10,986 nt of DNA from contig CBDDTI010000681.1 of NCBI GenBank assembly GCA_965233585.1, positions 1 to 10,986 on the forward strand, read 5' to 3'. Numbering within the stretch: position 1 is the first letter of the stretch; each line of letters begins with the position of its first letter. Source of the DNA: a bacterium. Lineage in GTDB: Bacteria; SAR324; NAC60-12. The notes under the pieces are model-generated. The model made no database searches and was not told where the DNA came from. It saw nothing but the letters and a program-made list of their open reading frames with translations. The translations under genes were made by a program, and so were the position numbers. Shown here in pieces: positions 1-10,986 of this stretch.

Positions 1-652
1 AGGGAATCAATATGAACTGGAGAAATTCTAAGTTGTATACTAGCGAAATTTGAAGATAAGATAGCAAAGCTTTCTCCATAAAATTTGCTTGTTGTTTCGC
101 TAAGAGGTTGGAATATTTCACGACGTGAATTTGTGTCGACAGTCGTTCTGAAATATCTGATTTTTGTAAACTTCCTTGTTATACGTTATTAAAAATTTGA
201 TTTAAACGCATTCACCGTTCAGTGAAATTAAAAAGTAAAACGGAATTCATGTGCTGCCTTCAAACTTTCAGCTCAAGCTAAAATTTTAAACTACTCTTAC
301 TATCAAGAAGTCGTTTGGGAACATCTAGAGGGATTTGCTCTCTTTCTTTCTTTCTTTCGAAAAGCCTCCTTGAAAAGCCTCCTGTTCATCACCAGAAAGA
401 AGAGATGCATTGGTTCCAATTATTTCATGCATTGGGACATGCAGCCATTTGTAATGTTCTGTGGGAAGTTGTATATTTAAATGTATGCCTGAATACTCTC
501 TGTTATTTAATTGAAAATTTGTGTTTAAAACAAAATGCAACAACCACATGTATGTCACCATCATAATTGTTTCATGGGTGAACTATCACTCTAACTCTGA
601 TTCCATTTTGTGTATGTCCAGTAATACTGTCTTTTTCTGTGTCTGTTTTAAG

Positions 653-10508
<9,856 letters not shown>

Positions 10509-10536
10509 GCTACTCTGATGCTGTATTAAATGGACA

Positions 10537-10542
10537 AATAAA
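10537..10542 (+). terminator. RPL4 polyadenylation signal AATAAA (alternative ATTAAA at 10525-10530)
   Basis: 28 nt after the stop codon; U-rich sequence downstream at 10578-10600. Confidence 0.8.
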
Positions 10543-10593
10543 AACAGCAGTGAATTCAGTGGAATTTTGATATCAGTCTTTTTTCCGACTGTT

Positions 10594-10599
10594 TTTATT
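10594..10599 (-). terminator. Putative polyadenylation signal AATAAA of the convergent - strand gene
   Basis: TTTATT on the + strand, about 190 nt downstream of the TGA at 10787-10789. Confidence 0.6.
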
Positions 10600-10786
10600 T
10601 AGTGGTCGATTCGATCCCTTTCATTTAAACTGTCTCTTCGCAGTTCATGTGGCGTTCAAAAGCGATTGTTGACATTCCTAGGCATAATTTTGTCTTGCTG
10701 ACTGAAAATTTCTTACAAACATAACCTTCATGTTGACTAGACGGTTCACTATTAACACACAATACAGGTTATTTCCAAAGCTGAGC

Positions 10787-10986
10787 TCATACTAGCCCAT
10801 TCCAGTTTGTAGCGGTAAAAAAGTCCACTCCTAGTTCGTCTACGCTTGCTCCATGTTCCTTCAGAGACATCTTTCTTCTTTTGGCCGAGGAAAAGTACTC
10901 GCAGGCGTATTGTACCAAATCTTCTGGCTTGTCTCTGAGAACAACAAGTACAAATCCCTCTAGCAGCTCGATGAGTCCGTTAGGGA
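10787..10986 (-). CDS. 3' part of a gene encoding a PKA RIIa-type dimerization/docking (D/D) domain protein (5' end outside the window)
   Basis: Open frame 10984 to 10787: PNGLIELLEGFVLVVLRDKPEDLVQYACEYFSSAKRRKMSLKEHGASVDELGVDFFTATNWNGLV*. The first 32 aa match the RIIa pattern (I)PxGLxELLxGxxxxVLRxxPxDLVxFAxxYF. Confidence 0.88.
   Translation of the reverse strand, partial: PNGLIELLEGFVLVVLRDKPEDLVQYACEYFSSAKRRKMSLKEHGASVDELGVDFFTATNWNGLV

Noticed and set aside
325..337. 13-nt match CTAGAGGGATTTG to the - strand gene near 10951-10963
   Set aside because: The match does not extend; compatible with chance.
338..357. Pyrimidine tract resembling a TCT/5'TOP start of a ribosomal protein gene
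   Set aside because: No ATG followed directly by a GT donor in phase was found downstream. The only in-frame option (ATGCAACAACCACAT|GTATGT, 535-549) adds non-conserved residues. Exon 1 is more likely upstream of the window.
359..383. 12-bp tandem duplication GAAAAGCCTCCT
   Set aside because: Simple local slippage; no further structure.

Overview
Eukaryotic genomic DNA from an animal, probably an anthozoan or stony coral judging by repeat style (inference). Most of the window is a + strand 60S ribosomal protein L4 (RPL4/uL4) gene with six visible coding exons: 653-925, 1179-1475, 3537-3700, 7353-7442, 8734-8817 and 10337-10508. The ATG exon appears to lie upstream of the window. The intron at 926-1178 has minor-spliceosome (U12-type) signals. 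The long introns are filled with decayed mobile DNA: two non-autonomous hAT elements that each retain only a TTF-type zinc-finger relic (one with a tandemly duplicated end), several MITE/foldback elements, a poly(A) retro-insertion with TSD, a Penelope-like hairpin with a decayed hammerhead motif, and a tRNA-derived repeat. There is also a candidate intronic H/ACA snoRNA with apparent 18S complementarity. At the right edge, a convergent - strand gene missed by the ORF track encodes a PKA RIIa-type dimerization/docking domain followed by a short tail and a stop. Its poly(A) signal forms a 12-bp inverted repeat with that of RPL4.
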